Source: a bacterium
Lineage (GTDB): Bacteria > DRYD01
DNA: 64,000 nt
Reading direction: 5' to 3'
Assembly: GCA_039630415.1 (NCBI GenBank)
Contig: JBCNVB010000013.1
Coordinates: 34,079 to 98,078 of the forward strand
The notes under the pieces are model-generated. The model saw nothing but the letters and a program-made list of their open reading frames with translations. It made no database searches and had not been told where the DNA came from. A program made the translations under genes and the position numbers. Below are positions 29,191-39,767 of this stretch, piece after piece; within the stretch, counting starts at the first letter, position 1; every line of letters begins with the position of its first letter.

Positions 29191-30000
29191 ATGCATCAGT
29201 GGCAAGAGTTTAATCAATCTTTTAAAAAGTACTGTATAGAGACGCTAAAAAATAAACTTAGTGGATTGGATAAGATATATGAGATCTGTGTATATCCGTT
29301 CGAAGTAAGTGGTAAGTTTTTTAGACCATTTTTACTTTACAAAACTGCTGAATTTATAGATTCTAATAAAACGGAGAGTATGTTACCGTTCTGTTTAGCT
29401 TTGGAACTTATACACAACTACTCTCTAATTCATGACGATTTGCCTTGTATGGATAATGCTGATTTTAGAAGAGGTTTTCCTACTGTTCATAAGAAATTTG
29501 GTGAGGCTGAGGCTGTACTTGCAGGAGATATGCTTTTAACTCTGGCTTTTGAAATTATATCTTCTTGCTCTGGTTTTCAACCTGAAAAAATAGTAAAGGT
29601 TATAAAAAAAGTTTCTCAGTACTCTTCTTACCGTTATCTAATAACTGGACAGTATCTAGACTTGTGGTTTCAAAAGGGTATAGTGCAAAAAAACTTAGAA
29701 AATATCAAACTCATAAATTTCTACAAAACTTCAGGTTTGATAATGTTAGCTGTTGAAATACCTATCATTCTTCTTGATCCATTATATTCGATTAAATTTA
29801 AGCTTGTAAAGTATGGTTATTGGTTAGGTATTTTGTTTCAAGTAACTGATGATATTTTAGATAATGATGGTATTGTAGAGATAGTGTCTATTGAGGAAGC
29901 AAGGGATATAGCAAGCAAGATATACAATAAAATAAGATCACTAGAATTATCCCAAGATTTGCTTGAAATAGCTAACTTTGTTTATAGTAGAGGTTTTTGA
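29191..30000 (+). CDS. ispA: Polyprenyl (farnesyl/geranylgeranyl) diphosphate synthase
   Basis: GK.FRP, HNYSLIHDDLPCMD..DFRRG, LAGD, KT, FQVTDDILD. Confidence 0.88.
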   Translation: MHQWQEFNQSFKKYCIETLKNKLSGLDKIYEICVYPFEVSGKFFRPFLLYKTAEFIDSNKTESMLPFCLALELIHNYSLIHDDLPCMDNADFRRGFPTVHKKFGEAEAVLAGDMLLTLAFEIISSCSGFQPEKIVKVIKKVSQYSSYRYLITGQYLDLWFQKGIVQKNLENIKLINFYKTSGLIMLAVEIPIILLDPLYSIKFKLVKYGYWLGILFQVTDDILDNDGIVEIVSIEEARDIASKIYNKIRSLELSQDLLEIANFVYSRGF

Positions 30001-30046
30001 GTTATTTGATAGAAATGTTAATTTGGGGGTAAGGGAGTAAAGGTTC

Positions 30047-30793
30047 ATGGATAAAATTAGGGTAAAAGTAAAAAGACAAGATAACCCTCAAACTAGTCCA
30101 TATTGGCAAGAATTTGATGTAGAGTATGAAGAAAACATGAACGTTATAATTTTGCTAATGAAAATAAATAGCAAATTGGTAGATGTGAATGGTAATGCGG
30201 TAAAACCGATAATGTGGGAGGCAAGCTGCCTGGAACAAGTATGTGGAAGTTGTACGATGCTGATAAATGGTATTCCAGGACAGGCATGCTCAACGCTTGT
30301 AGATAAAATAGGCAAATACATTGTAATAGAGCCATTAACTAAATTCCCAGTGGTTAGGGATCTAATAGTAGATAGAAGAAGAATGTTCGAGGGGTTGAAA
30401 AAAGTCAGAGCATGGATAGATATAGAGGGTACTCACGACATGGGCCCTGGACCAAAGTATAGCCAAGCTGTACAGCAAATTAGATATGCTCTATCTAGAT
30501 GTATGACTTGTGGTGCTTGTCTTGAAGCTTGCCCTCAATACAACTCATATACTAACTTCGTAGGACCATATGCCATCGCTCAAGCTCATTTATTCAATCT
30601 TCATCCAACTGGAAGTACTTTTAAAAAACAAAGAATAGAGTATCTTGCTGGAAAGGAAGGTATAGCTAATTGCTCTAATGCACAATTATGTGTGCAAGTA
30701 TGCCCAAAAGAAATACCCCTAACTGAAGCTATAGCTGAAATAAATTCAGAAGTTACAAAATATCTTATATCTCTGGCACTGGGTATCAAATGA
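30047..30793 (+). CDS. sdhB: Succinate dehydrogenase iron-sulfur subunit
   Basis: CLEQVCGSC [2Fe-2S] motif, CMTCGACLEACP, CSNAQLCVQVCP. Confidence 0.93.
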   Translation: MDKIRVKVKRQDNPQTSPYWQEFDVEYEENMNVIILLMKINSKLVDVNGNAVKPIMWEASCLEQVCGSCTMLINGIPGQACSTLVDKIGKYIVIEPLTKFPVVRDLIVDRRRMFEGLKKVRAWIDIEGTHDMGPGPKYSQAVQQIRYALSRCMTCGACLEACPQYNSYTNFVGPYAIAQAHLFNLHPTGSTFKKQRIEYLAGKEGIANCSNAQLCVQVCPKEIPLTEAIAEINSEVTKYLISLALGIK

Positions 30794-31140
30794 ATCAATA
30801 TCCTACAGACAATTTTGTACTATTAATTCAGAAACTAAAAGAGCCATTCGATAAACTATCGATTTATATGCTTCATGCTCCTTTCTTCAACATAATGAAG
30901 TTGAATTTTGAAATACTGGCTGAGCAAGTGGCTTCTAGATATCTAAAGGATAGAGCTGCTTATGGTGGTAGTTTACCTCCGGAGATGGAAAGAGAATACT
31001 GTAATATTTTACTTGAATCACTAAGTCAGGGAAACCTAAAAGTTCTCGATTACATAGCATGGCTAAATGATGCTATATACTATATGGAAAATGAACAACC
31101 TCTGCCATTTGATTTTGATCAGTTCTTTAAATGGGAATAA
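30790..31140 (+). CDS. Hypothetical protein
   Basis: 116-aa ORF overlapping both neighbours (ATGA with sdhB). Confidence 0.65.
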   Translation: MNQYPTDNFVLLIQKLKEPFDKLSIYMLHAPFFNIMKLNFEILAEQVASRYLKDRAAYGGSLPPEMEREYCNILLESLSQGNLKVLDYIAWLNDAIYYMENEQPLPFDFDQFFKWE

Positions 31141-32735
31141 TGTACAGCATAAAGTACTATCTATTTGATAGAATACAGCAATTTTTGAATGATCAAAAAC
31201 TAAGTTCTAAGGGTGTAGAAGTATCTAGATCTCCATTAAAAGGGTTTGATTATGCTACTAACATTCTTTTCATTCACAAAAACATAGATCCACATAGTTT
31301 AGTAGATTTTTTTAAAAGTATGCAAATAGTGAAAGATGTCCAAATTAATAAAGGATTTATAAACATAGCTTTGGATAGATTAAATAGTGTTAATCTTATA
31401 TTTGACTCATATTTAAGAGATTATTGGAAGTCGTATGATATGGGTAAAGGTAAGAGGGTTTTAATAGAATTTGTTAGTGCGAATCCAACGGGTCCTCTTA
31501 ATGCCGTAAACGGAAGATCTGCATCATTTGGATTTACACTGGCAAATGTCCTAAAGTATTTTAATTACGAAGTTTATAAGGAGTACTATGTCAACGATGT
31601 AGGTGAGCAAATAGAAAAGCTAATAGATAGTTTTGTAGAGAGGATAAAGGAAGCCAGAGGAATAGAGTTTAGGATTCCTGAGGGTGGGTATACCGGTGCA
31701 TATCTGAAAGATCTAGCCAATTACTATCTAAAGCTTTATAATGGTCAAAACGATTTTAATAGATATCAGTTGAAGGAATTCTTAGTTAATTACTTTGTGG
31801 ATAGTCATAAAAAAACGCTGGAGAGATTCGGGGTTATTTTTGATAATTGGTTTTTTCAAAGTCAACTTAAAGAAATAGAAACGACTATACAATGGCTAAA
31901 AGATAAGGATTTGATGTACGAAAAGGATGGTGCTTTATTTTTCAGGAGCACTATATTTGGTGATGATAAGGATAGGGTGGTTAAAAAGACAGTTGGTAGA
32001 GTGGAATATACTTATTTTGCATATGATATAGAGTATATAAGAAACAAAATTAATAGAGGTTTTGATGAAATCATAACTATTCTAGGTCCAGATCATCATG
32101 GATATGTAAATAGACTTATTGCTGCAACAAAAGCCATAAATGATAGGTTTAATCATAGAGTGATTATTTTGCAAATTGTAAATATCTTGGAAAAAGACAA
32201 AGCTCTAAAGATGTCTAAAAGAAAGGGTATATTGGTTTTATTGGATGAGTTGATGGATAAGGTTAATCCATTTTTCTTAAGATATTTCTTTTTATCGAGA
32301 TTAAAGGATTCACCTTTAGATTTAGATTTGGAGTTGATAAACAAGCTAACTCTTGATAATCCACTTTATTATGTTTTCTATGTTTATGCAAGGATATGTG
32401 GGGTGATTAGAAACTATACTGGATCACTACCACAAATGGAAGAGATATTTAGTTTGAATGTGGATATAACTGATGATGAATTTGAGTTGTTTTTAGTTAC
32501 TCAAGAATTTAGGGATGCTGTTTTATCTGGTATGAATGATCCTTATTATTTAACTTTGTGGGCCTCTAATTTTGCTAAGATATTCCATAGATTTTATAAC
32601 TCGAATAAGATCATATGTTCTAATGAGCTAGGAAAAGATAGAGAAAAATTGAGGATGATTCTTATTCTATTTTCAAAAGGAGTTTTGGAGATTTGGGCAA
32701 ACTTATTAAATATACAGTTACCTGAAAAGATGTAG
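31131..32735 (+). CDS. argS: Arginine--tRNA ligase
   Basis: [48 protein letters not shown]. Confidence 0.95.
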   Translation: MGIMYSIKYYLFDRIQQFLNDQKLSSKGVEVSRSPLKGFDYATNILFIHKNIDPHSLVDFFKSMQIVKDVQINKGFINIALDRLNSVNLIFDSYLRDYWKSYDMGKGKRVLIEFVSANPTGPLNAVNGRSASFGFTLANVLKYFNYEVYKEYYVNDVGEQIEKLIDSFVERIKEARGIEFRIPEGGYTGAYLKDLANYYLKLYNGQNDFNRYQLKEFLVNYFVDSHKKTLERFGVIFDNWFFQSQLKEIETTIQWLKDKDLMYEKDGALFFRSTIFGDDKDRVVKKTVGRVEYTYFAYDIEYIRNKINRGFDEIITILGPDHHGYVNRLIAATKAINDRFNHRVIILQIVNILEKDKALKMSKRKGILVLLDELMDKVNPFFLRYFFLSRLKDSPLDLDLELINKLTLDNPLYYVFYVYARICGVIRNYTGSLPQMEEIFSLNVDITDDEFELFLVTQEFRDAVLSGMNDPYYLTLWASNFAKIFHRFYNSNKIICSNELGKDREKLRMILILFSKGVLEIWANLLNIQLPEKM

Positions 32736-32748
32736 AGAGGGAATTTGT

Positions 32749-32961
32749 ATGCCAAAGAAAAAGAAATGTGCCTTATGTGAAAAGAAAATAGAGAATATTG
32801 ATTATAAAAATGTAGATCTTCTTAAAAATTACATTAGTGATAAGTACAAGATATTGCCGAGGAGAAATACCAAAAATTGTGCATGGCATCAGAGAATGAT
32901 TTCCAGGGCGGTTAAGAGAGCAAGGATAATATCTCTATTGCCTTTTGTTCCCGAAGTTTAG
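32749..32961 (+). CDS. rpsR: 30S ribosomal protein S18, zinc-binding form
   Basis: [33 protein letters not shown]. Confidence 0.96.
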   Translation: MPKKKKCALCEKKIENIDYKNVDLLKNYISDKYKILPRRNTKNCAWHQRMISRAVKRARIISLLPFVPEV

Positions 32962-32970
32962 AATCTGGGA

Positions 32971-33738
32971 ATGATAAGAAATTTACTTTATGTTTTTATA
33001 GTTCTGACTGCACTTAGCTGGTTTTTGTTTGCAGTTTCTTATATCATACCTTTTAAAACCTATTCTATATATGTTTACATAGAAGACAAAAATACTGCAC
33101 TTCAGGTATATCGTAAATTTCAAGATTACCTTAAATCGATAGATAAGGAAGCTCAGAAATACATAAAGCTTCATAAGATATCAGTACAGAAAAAAGTATT
33201 GGTAAATCAAGATTACTCTTACTTGATTTTGGGTGTTAGAGAATCTATGGATTTTCTTAGCAAAAAGCTGAAAGTAAGGATGCAAAAAAGAGGATATTAT
33301 CTTTCTATAGTACAGGTAGAAGAAGATGGAACTTCAATAGCTTATCTGAAAGATCTAATCTTTGTACCTCTTATCAAGGTTTCGCAAAAGGAATTAGATG
33401 ATATAAATGAAAAATACTTGAATTTCTATAAGGAAGATAAGTTGGTTGATTATATAAAGTTCTTAAGATCATATTTTTCAGATGTAAATGCGGATAAGAT
33501 AGGTCGAATACAGTTTTTTATTTCCAGAAACTTTTTAATAAACTTTTGTTTGATGCCTTATACTACTTCAAAAGTAATAAATTTGCATGTTATCAAGGTG
33601 GAAAATGTTCCAAAGAAGGAAAACCTAATCCAGTTACAGCAAATAGTAACACAATACAAAAAAGGTAAATTTCACATTAGTACAGAAGAAGAAGAAAGAA
33701 TAGTGAATTTGAGGGTATTGAATAAAAGGGAAAAATAG
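32971..33738 (+). CDS. Hypothetical protein with N-terminal membrane anchor
   Basis: 255-aa ORF with a hydrophobic N-terminus. Confidence 0.6.
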   Translation: MIRNLLYVFIVLTALSWFLFAVSYIIPFKTYSIYVYIEDKNTALQVYRKFQDYLKSIDKEAQKYIKLHKISVQKKVLVNQDYSYLILGVRESMDFLSKKLKVRMQKRGYYLSIVQVEEDGTSIAYLKDLIFVPLIKVSQKELDDINEKYLNFYKEDKLVDYIKFLRSYFSDVNADKIGRIQFFISRNFLINFCLMPYTTSKVINLHVIKVENVPKKENLIQLQQIVTQYKKGKFHISTEEEERIVNLRVLNKREK

Positions 33739-34368
33739 ATGTGTGGGATAGTTGGATACAAAGGTGAACCAATAAAAGTAAAGAAAATACTTGATACTTT
33801 AAAACTACTAGAATATAGGGGTTATGATTCTGCGGGTATAGCTTATATACATCAAAATGGAATGTTAGAGGTCAAAAAAGTAGAAGGTAAAATTGACAAA
33901 CTATATGATAACCTAGAGGATACTTCAAGTGAATTAATAATAGCCCATACTAGGTGGGCTACTCATGGTATACCAAATCAAACTAATGCGCATCCTCATA
34001 CATCCGGATCACTAGCTGTGGTTCATAACGGAATAATAGAAAATTATAAAGAAATAAAAGAGTACCTAAAGGATGTTGAGTTCAAATCTGAAACAGATAG
34101 TGAAGTAATAGTTCATTTGGTTAACCATTTTTATAAGGATAATGATTTGTTTGGTGCTGTTGTCAAAGCGGTTGATATGCTTAGGGGAGCTTTTGCTTTT
34201 GTCCTAATAGATAGCAAAACTAATTCACTCGTTGCTGTTAAAATGGAAAGCCCTATTGTTATTGGAATACTTGACCATGGGTATATTGTCTCCTCAGATA
34301 TTCCTTCCATTATCAAATGGACAAGAAAAATAGTCAATCTTGAAAACGGAGATGTTTTCTATGTATAA
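33739..34368 (+). CDS. glmS: GlmS glutaminase portion (split or frameshifted gene, part 1)
   Basis: MCGIVG, LEYRGYDSAG, HTRWATHG, NAHPH, HNGIIEN, ETDSEV. Stops at TAA 34366-34368. Confidence 0.9.
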   Translation: MCGIVGYKGEPIKVKKILDTLKLLEYRGYDSAGIAYIHQNGMLEVKKVEGKIDKLYDNLEDTSSELIIAHTRWATHGIPNQTNAHPHTSGSLAVVHNGIIENYKEIKEYLKDVEFKSETDSEVIVHLVNHFYKDNDLFGAVVKAVDMLRGAFAFVLIDSKTNSLVAVKMESPIVIGILDHGYIVSSDIPSIIKWTRKIVNLENGDVFYV

Positions 34369-35536
34369 AGTGTATAATTTCATAGAAAAAAAATATCTTA
34401 CTAGAAATGTTGAACTGATAGCATGGGACATAGGTTTAGCGGAAAAAGGTGGATATAAGCATTTCATGATAAAGGAAATAAATGAGCAAGGTAAGGTGGT
34501 TAGGGACACCGTTTCTGGAAGAATTGATTGGAACAGATATCAGGTATTGCTTGATGAGCCAGTAGCTGAATATCTTGATAGTATACAAATTTCTAACATG
34601 GTTTATGTTGCTTGTGGAAGTAGCTATCATGCAGGTTTAATTGGAACCTACTACTCTTGTGAGTTGGTGGGGGTTAATTCTTATTGTATTCAAGCTTCCG
34701 AGTTTAGGTATATTGATAAAAGTAAAATAAACCTAAAAGATACTTTGTTTATATTTATAAGCCAATCTGGGGAGACGGCTGATACTTTGTTTGTTGCAAG
34801 GGAACTCAAACAAATGAAAGCAAATATAATTGCTATACCAAATGTTATAGGAAGTAGCATGTATAGGGAATTTTTATCTTTTCCTACAAGGGCAGGAATA
34901 GAAATTGGTGTAGCTGCAACCAAAACTTTTGTAGCTCAGATTATCAATATACTTCTTCTAAATCTTTATCTTTCCCAAAAACTAGGAAACGATATAAAAC
35001 CTATACTTGATGATCTTAGACAGTTACATGAGCGTATAGATTCAGTTCTTGAATCTTATGAGAATATCATGGACCTAGCTCAAAAGTATTGTGATTATAA
35101 TCATTTTCTATATTTGGGTAGGCATTTGATGTATCCGGTCGCTTTGGAAGGTGCTTTGAAACTTAAAGAAATATCCTATATACATGCTGAAGCTTATCCT
35201 TCGGGTGAGATGAAGCATGGTCCGATAGCTCTTATAGATCACAAAATGCCTACTATGTACCTGGCTCCATCAAACAAATTGCTTTCTAAGAATATATCAA
35301 ATATTCAAGAAATAAAAGCTAGAAAGGGAAAAATATTGGCTGTTGTTGATAAGAAAAGTAAAGAAGAAATAAGGGGCATGGTGGATGATATTATTGAGGT
35401 GAAAGTTGTTAACGAATATCTACAACCCATAATAGTAGTAATTCCTCTTCAAATGTTTGCTTACTATATTGCTGACTGGAAAGGGTTGAATGTAGACCAG
35501 CCAAGAAATCTAGCCAAAAGTGTAACTGTAGAATGA
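34361..35536 (+). CDS. glmS: GlmS isomerase (SIS) portion in the +1 frame (part 2)
   Basis: HFMIKEI.EQ, CGSS, SQSGETADT, EGALKLKEISY, GEMKHGP, PRNLAKSVTVE. Confidence 0.9.
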   Translation: MYKVYNFIEKKYLTRNVELIAWDIGLAEKGGYKHFMIKEINEQGKVVRDTVSGRIDWNRYQVLLDEPVAEYLDSIQISNMVYVACGSSYHAGLIGTYYSCELVGVNSYCIQASEFRYIDKSKINLKDTLFIFISQSGETADTLFVARELKQMKANIIAIPNVIGSSMYREFLSFPTRAGIEIGVAATKTFVAQIINILLLNLYLSQKLGNDIKPILDDLRQLHERIDSVLESYENIMDLAQKYCDYNHFLYLGRHLMYPVALEGALKLKEISYIHAEAYPSGEMKHGPIALIDHKMPTMYLAPSNKLLSKNISNIQEIKARKGKILAVVDKKSKEEIRGMVDDIIEVKVVNEYLQPIIVVIPLQMFAYYIADWKGLNVDQPRNLAKSVTVE

Positions 35537-36048
35537 ATTTTGATGAGTTAATCAGACAGCTACAAATAGAAAATGAAAGATACAAAAGATATAAAACACC
35601 ATGCAGTATAGTAATTTTTTTTGTTAACTGTGCGACTTCGAGCTTACAGGTCCAATACGGTCACAAAATAGTTATTGAACTGAAAAACTTGATAGATAAA
35701 GCTATAAGGAAAACAGATTATATAGCTAGACATAAAAATACAGTCATAACGATTTTACCTAATATAGATATCGAAAAAGTTACAGGATTTGTTAATAGAA
35801 TATTTTCACTCTTAGATAGTGAAGTTAAGAAAAATTATAAAGAATACTCTGAAAAAGATCAGGATGAAATGGTATTGGTTGACATAGTCATAGGTATAGG
35901 TATCATATGTTTTTCAAATTTGATACCGGAAGGGGTTGATAACATAGTTATATGGAATGATTTTAACAAAGATAGTTTTTTAGAGTATCTTTCTAATCCA
36001 GAAATAATATATGAGAGTTGGGAAATAAGATTCCCGGTGATTGATTAG
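35533..36048 (+). CDS. Degenerate GGDEF-like domain protein
   Basis: E.ER..RY....S, YGH, IRKTD.IAR. RHKNT replaces RYGGDEF. Confidence 0.65.
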   Translation: MNFDELIRQLQIENERYKRYKTPCSIVIFFVNCATSSLQVQYGHKIVIELKNLIDKAIRKTDYIARHKNTVITILPNIDIEKVTGFVNRIFSLLDSEVKKNYKEYSEKDQDEMVLVDIVIGIGIICFSNLIPEGVDNIVIWNDFNKDSFLEYLSNPEIIYESWEIRFPVID

Positions 36049-37135
36049 TATGGATATAGTCAATTTATTGATTAGCTTAATAAGGTATAAAACAATAGAG
36101 AGGAACAAGGATCAATTAAAGCAGATAGTAGATTTTTGTAGAGGATATTTGGAAGGTAATAGTTTACTTAGGTTCGATATTTTTGAGGTTAATGGTAAGT
36201 GGAATTTGATAGCTGATTATGGTGTTGATGTTGAGGTTTATTTTGTGGCTCATTTAGATGTTGTGGATGCAAATGATGAGCAGTTTGAGCCGCTAGTAGA
36301 TGGCGATAGGGTTATAGGTCGAGGGGCTTTAGACATGAAGGGTCCAGCTAGTACACTCATCCATATGTTCAGAAATCTAAATGACAAGAAGTATCCAATT
36401 GGTCTTATATTGACTACAGATGAAGAAGTAGGTAGTCATGATGGGGTTAAGTATATAATACAGAACAAAAAAATAAATACTAATGCTAAAATGGCAGTAA
36501 TACCCGACGGAGGGGAGAATTTCAAAATAATAACTAAGGGTAAAGGAGCTTTTCATTTTGTAGCCAAAGCAAAGGGTGTTTCTTGTCATGGTAGTACTCC
36601 ATGGAATGGAGTAAATGCTATAGATAATATTATTAACTTCTATATAAGTTTAAAACAGGCTTTGTTATTGAATGAGAAGATGGATGATCCTGATCATTGG
36701 CATAATACTGTAAATATTGGAAAGATTGAGGGTGGTCAAAAAGTAAACATAGTTGCTCCGCATGCGTCAGCTCACATTGATATTAGATTTACCGAAAAAT
36801 TTTCTTTAGAAGAGATATCCAGCATTGTTTACTACTATGCTAAAAAGTTTGATATTGATATTGAGGTTCTTTCGACGGGTCAGCCCGTTATAGCTAGGAC
36901 TGACTCTCCATACTTTATTAAATTCATAGATTCTTACAAATCGGTTATTGGAGAGCCCAAATATGCTGTTGAGCATGGGGCTACTGATGGTAGGTTTTTT
37001 GCAAGTATGGGTATAGATGTTATAACGATATATCCCGTAGGTGCAGGAATTCATTCGGAATATGAATGGGTAAGTATACAATCTTTACATACCATGAGCA
37101 GATTATTTCATAAATTTGTTGATAGCTTGGTGTAG
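36041..37135 (+). CDS. M20 family metallopeptidase (DapE/ArgE-like)
   Basis: HLDVV, GRGALDMKG, DEEVG, HGS.PW.G.NA, GATD.R, IHS..E. Confidence 0.9.
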   Translation: MISMDIVNLLISLIRYKTIERNKDQLKQIVDFCRGYLEGNSLLRFDIFEVNGKWNLIADYGVDVEVYFVAHLDVVDANDEQFEPLVDGDRVIGRGALDMKGPASTLIHMFRNLNDKKYPIGLILTTDEEVGSHDGVKYIIQNKKINTNAKMAVIPDGGENFKIITKGKGAFHFVAKAKGVSCHGSTPWNGVNAIDNIINFYISLKQALLLNEKMDDPDHWHNTVNIGKIEGGQKVNIVAPHASAHIDIRFTEKFSLEEISSIVYYYAKKFDIDIEVLSTGQPVIARTDSPYFIKFIDSYKSVIGEPKYAVEHGATDGRFFASMGIDVITIYPVGAGIHSEYEWVSIQSLHTMSRLFHKFVDSLV

Positions 37136-38416
37136 GTGTATTGTAGGATGAGGGTAATATTTTGGCTAGTAGTAATATTATTGCTTTCTATTTCAACGAT
37201 TGTTTACTATAGATTGAATATGACTCAGGAAAACATAGGTAAAGTTTTTAAAGATTCGTTTAAACAAGTTGAAAATCTTGAAAACGTAAAGCAAAAAGTT
37301 ATAAATAAATTTGGAAATAGCAAGATAGTTTTTTTAGTTTTAGGGTTAGATCATAATTGGGTTGAGGGACACCTACCAACCAGTGAAGGTGCAAGAAGTG
37401 ATACAATAATTCTGGTTACGCTTGATTTATATAATCAGGAGTTAAGGTTGTTGTCTATTCCTAGGGATTTAAGAGTTTATTATAAAGACTATGGTTACTA
37501 TGATAAGATAAATGCTGCTATTGTTGTAGGCGGTCCTAGACTAACTAAACGAATAGTATCTGAAACACTGTCGGTATACATAGACTACATAGTAGTCATA
37601 AAACAGAAAGCTATTAAGAATTTAGTAGATTGTATTGGTGGGGTTTATATTGATGTTGAGAAAGATATGTTTTATGAAGATAGGTGGGGTAATTTAAGAG
37701 TTGATCTAAAAAAGGGTAGGCAGTTGCTTAATGGAGAGCAACTAATAGGATATATTAGATTCAGAATGGATGAAGAGGGAGATATTGGAAGAATTAGAAG
37801 GCAAAACCAAGCTATAATTGAAATAATGCAACAACTACCAAATAAAGTAAGCAAGGATAATATCATGAAAATATTATCCGATGTTTTACCTTATATTCAA
37901 ACAGATTTAGACAAAGAAAAAATTTTACTTTTATTTGAATTATCAAAAATATCAAACCTTAAGTACAGATCATATAAACTTCCTATAAGAACTTTAGACA
38001 TAGAGGGAGTTAGTTATGTAGAACTTGAAAAACATAGTGATGTTGTTAAGGGATGGTACAAGGGGTATGATAAATTAGCTATTGTTAATGCCTGTAGAGT
38101 AGATAATACTTATCAAATCTATGACAAATATATAGCTGGATCAAAATATATTCTGAACTCTAGTACTTACTTGGATAGTTATTTGCCTTTTTCTATAGTA
38201 CTCTCTAAAAATGGTGATAATCCTTTATATTATAGAATACCTTTTGGTAAAGCAATGAGCGTTAAAGATTTCATTTATAATAGATATGTTGACAGTTCTT
38301 CTCAAATTTACTCAGCTAACAGGGATATATACCAATCTGAGATAAGAGAGATTAGGAAGTTAATTTACGATAACGATGTGATTTTGATATTGGGGGATGA
38401 TAGCATTGATAAATAA
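37136..38416 (+). CDS. LCP (LytR-CpsA-Psr) family protein
   Basis: N-terminal TM; LGLD, RSDT, SIPRD, KINAA, RFR..GDIGR..RQ. Confidence 0.92.
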   Translation: MYCRMRVIFWLVVILLLSISTIVYYRLNMTQENIGKVFKDSFKQVENLENVKQKVINKFGNSKIVFLVLGLDHNWVEGHLPTSEGARSDTIILVTLDLYNQELRLLSIPRDLRVYYKDYGYYDKINAAIVVGGPRLTKRIVSETLSVYIDYIVVIKQKAIKNLVDCIGGVYIDVEKDMFYEDRWGNLRVDLKKGRQLLNGEQLIGYIRFRMDEEGDIGRIRRQNQAIIEIMQQLPNKVSKDNIMKILSDVLPYIQTDLDKEKILLLFELSKISNLKYRSYKLPIRTLDIEGVSYVELEKHSDVVKGWYKGYDKLAIVNACRVDNTYQIYDKYIAGSKYILNSSTYLDSYLPFSIVLSKNGDNPLYYRIPFGKAMSVKDFIYNRYVDSSSQIYSANRDIYQSEIREIRKLIYDNDVILILGDDSIDK

Positions 38417-38720
38417 GAAAGCTGATCAAATAGTAGATGAGCTTAAAAAGATGGATGTTTTCAATATTACGATAGTCAATACTCCTGAATACTTGACAGA
38501 TTATTTTGTTGTAGGTAGTGTAGATAATGTGGTTACTTTGAGAGCAATAGTTGACAAGTTTAAGCAAGAGGGTGTTTTGGTTCATGGTAGTCCTGATAGT
38601 GGTTGGGTGATTTTTGAATTTGATGATTTTTGGTGCCATATTTTTTTGCCACCTAAAAGAGAATACTACAGCATAGAAAGATTATGGGATCTGAAAAGTA
38701 CAATGAAAGGAGTAAAATGA
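38397..38720 (+). CDS. rsfS: Ribosome silencing factor RsfS/Iojap
   Basis: TDYFVV, G..DSGWV..D, HIF....REYY.IE.LW. Confidence 0.85.
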   Translation: MIALINKKADQIVDELKKMDVFNITIVNTPEYLTDYFVVGSVDNVVTLRAIVDKFKQEGVLVHGSPDSGWVIFEFDDFWCHIFLPPKREYYSIERLWDLKSTMKGVK

Positions 38721-38724
38721 TAGC

Positions 38725-39753
38725 ATGAGAGTAATAAGATTTTTGTTATTTTTTGTGTACTTAATATGCTTAGCTATTTCAGCAGAAATAAAATATGAAC
38801 TAATAAGTCCAAAACAAAAGAATATAATTACTCGTCATCCTCAAGTGATAATTAAATATCCTTCTGATATAACACCGATTATTCAGATAGATTCGATTAG
38901 TTTGCTGGTGAATAACGTAGATTACACTAACTATATAAGGTTTGATTTGTCTACACCTGAATTGGTTTTGTTTTTTTATTCTACAAAACCCATGAATATA
39001 GGTGAAAATGTAATAAAGGTGAAAGGAAAGTTAATCAATGATGAAGTATTTGAAAATGTTTTTGTTATAAAAGTTGATCCTAGATCTTCGGAAACTGTTA
39101 GATATTACCTAGATCTTATAAACAGATCTTCTAATAGTAAAACGAAGAGCAGGTATTGTTTGGAGTTGGGTAAGTATTATGAAAAAAATGGGTATTATCT
39201 TGATGCTCTTTCCTACTATGAGCAAGCTATGAAGCTTGATAAATCTAACAAAAAAGCAAAGGAAGAGTATAACAGAGTATTATCAATTTTCCCAAATAAG
39301 GCTACTAAAATGCTAAACATAGTATTAGATGTTAGTATGGTTAACCTTGACGTTCTTAGAAGAAATAATATTTTTGTTTTTAGATGTGTTATTGAAAACT
39401 ATAGAGATACTACTATTACGTTTAATTTAAATAACTTTCTTGTTTCCTCTGGTTCGGATTACTATCAACCTATAAAAGAACCTTATGAATATATAAGATC
39501 AATAACTCAAAGGAATTTAATGACGCTTGATGATTTTGCTATTTGCAACTATTTGCTTAGTAAGGATGTATATAATTTCAATTATGTTGATGAGTTTAGT
39601 TTGGAGGGATTTTCACAAATGAAAATAGACCTTATGTTTAACATAAAAACAAAGAATAGAAATTTGATTTTCCAATTTTTTAAGGTAAGTGAGAAAGGTA
39701 AGAATAAGATAAAGGAGTTACCTTTGTATATTAAATTACCTTTTATGATATAG
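38725..39753 (+). CDS. Exported TPR-containing hypothetical protein
   Basis: Signal peptide; TPR motif LGKYYEK.G...DAL.YYEQA. Confidence 0.7.
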   Translation: MRVIRFLLFFVYLICLAISAEIKYELISPKQKNIITRHPQVIIKYPSDITPIIQIDSISLLVNNVDYTNYIRFDLSTPELVLFFYSTKPMNIGENVIKVKGKLINDEVFENVFVIKVDPRSSETVRYYLDLINRSSNSKTKSRYCLELGKYYEKNGYYLDALSYYEQAMKLDKSNKKAKEEYNRVLSIFPNKATKMLNIVLDVSMVNLDVLRRNNIFVFRCVIENYRDTTITFNLNNFLVSSGSDYYQPIKEPYEYIRSITQRNLMTLDDFAICNYLLSKDVYNFNYVDEFSLEGFSQMKIDLMFNIKTKNRNLIFQFFKVSEKGKNKIKELPLYIKLPFMI

Positions 39754-39767
39754 GAAAGGGGGTTAGG

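Noticed and set aside
33700-33738. glmS ribozyme
   Set aside because: The upstream CDS stop directly abuts the glmS ATG, leaving no leader.
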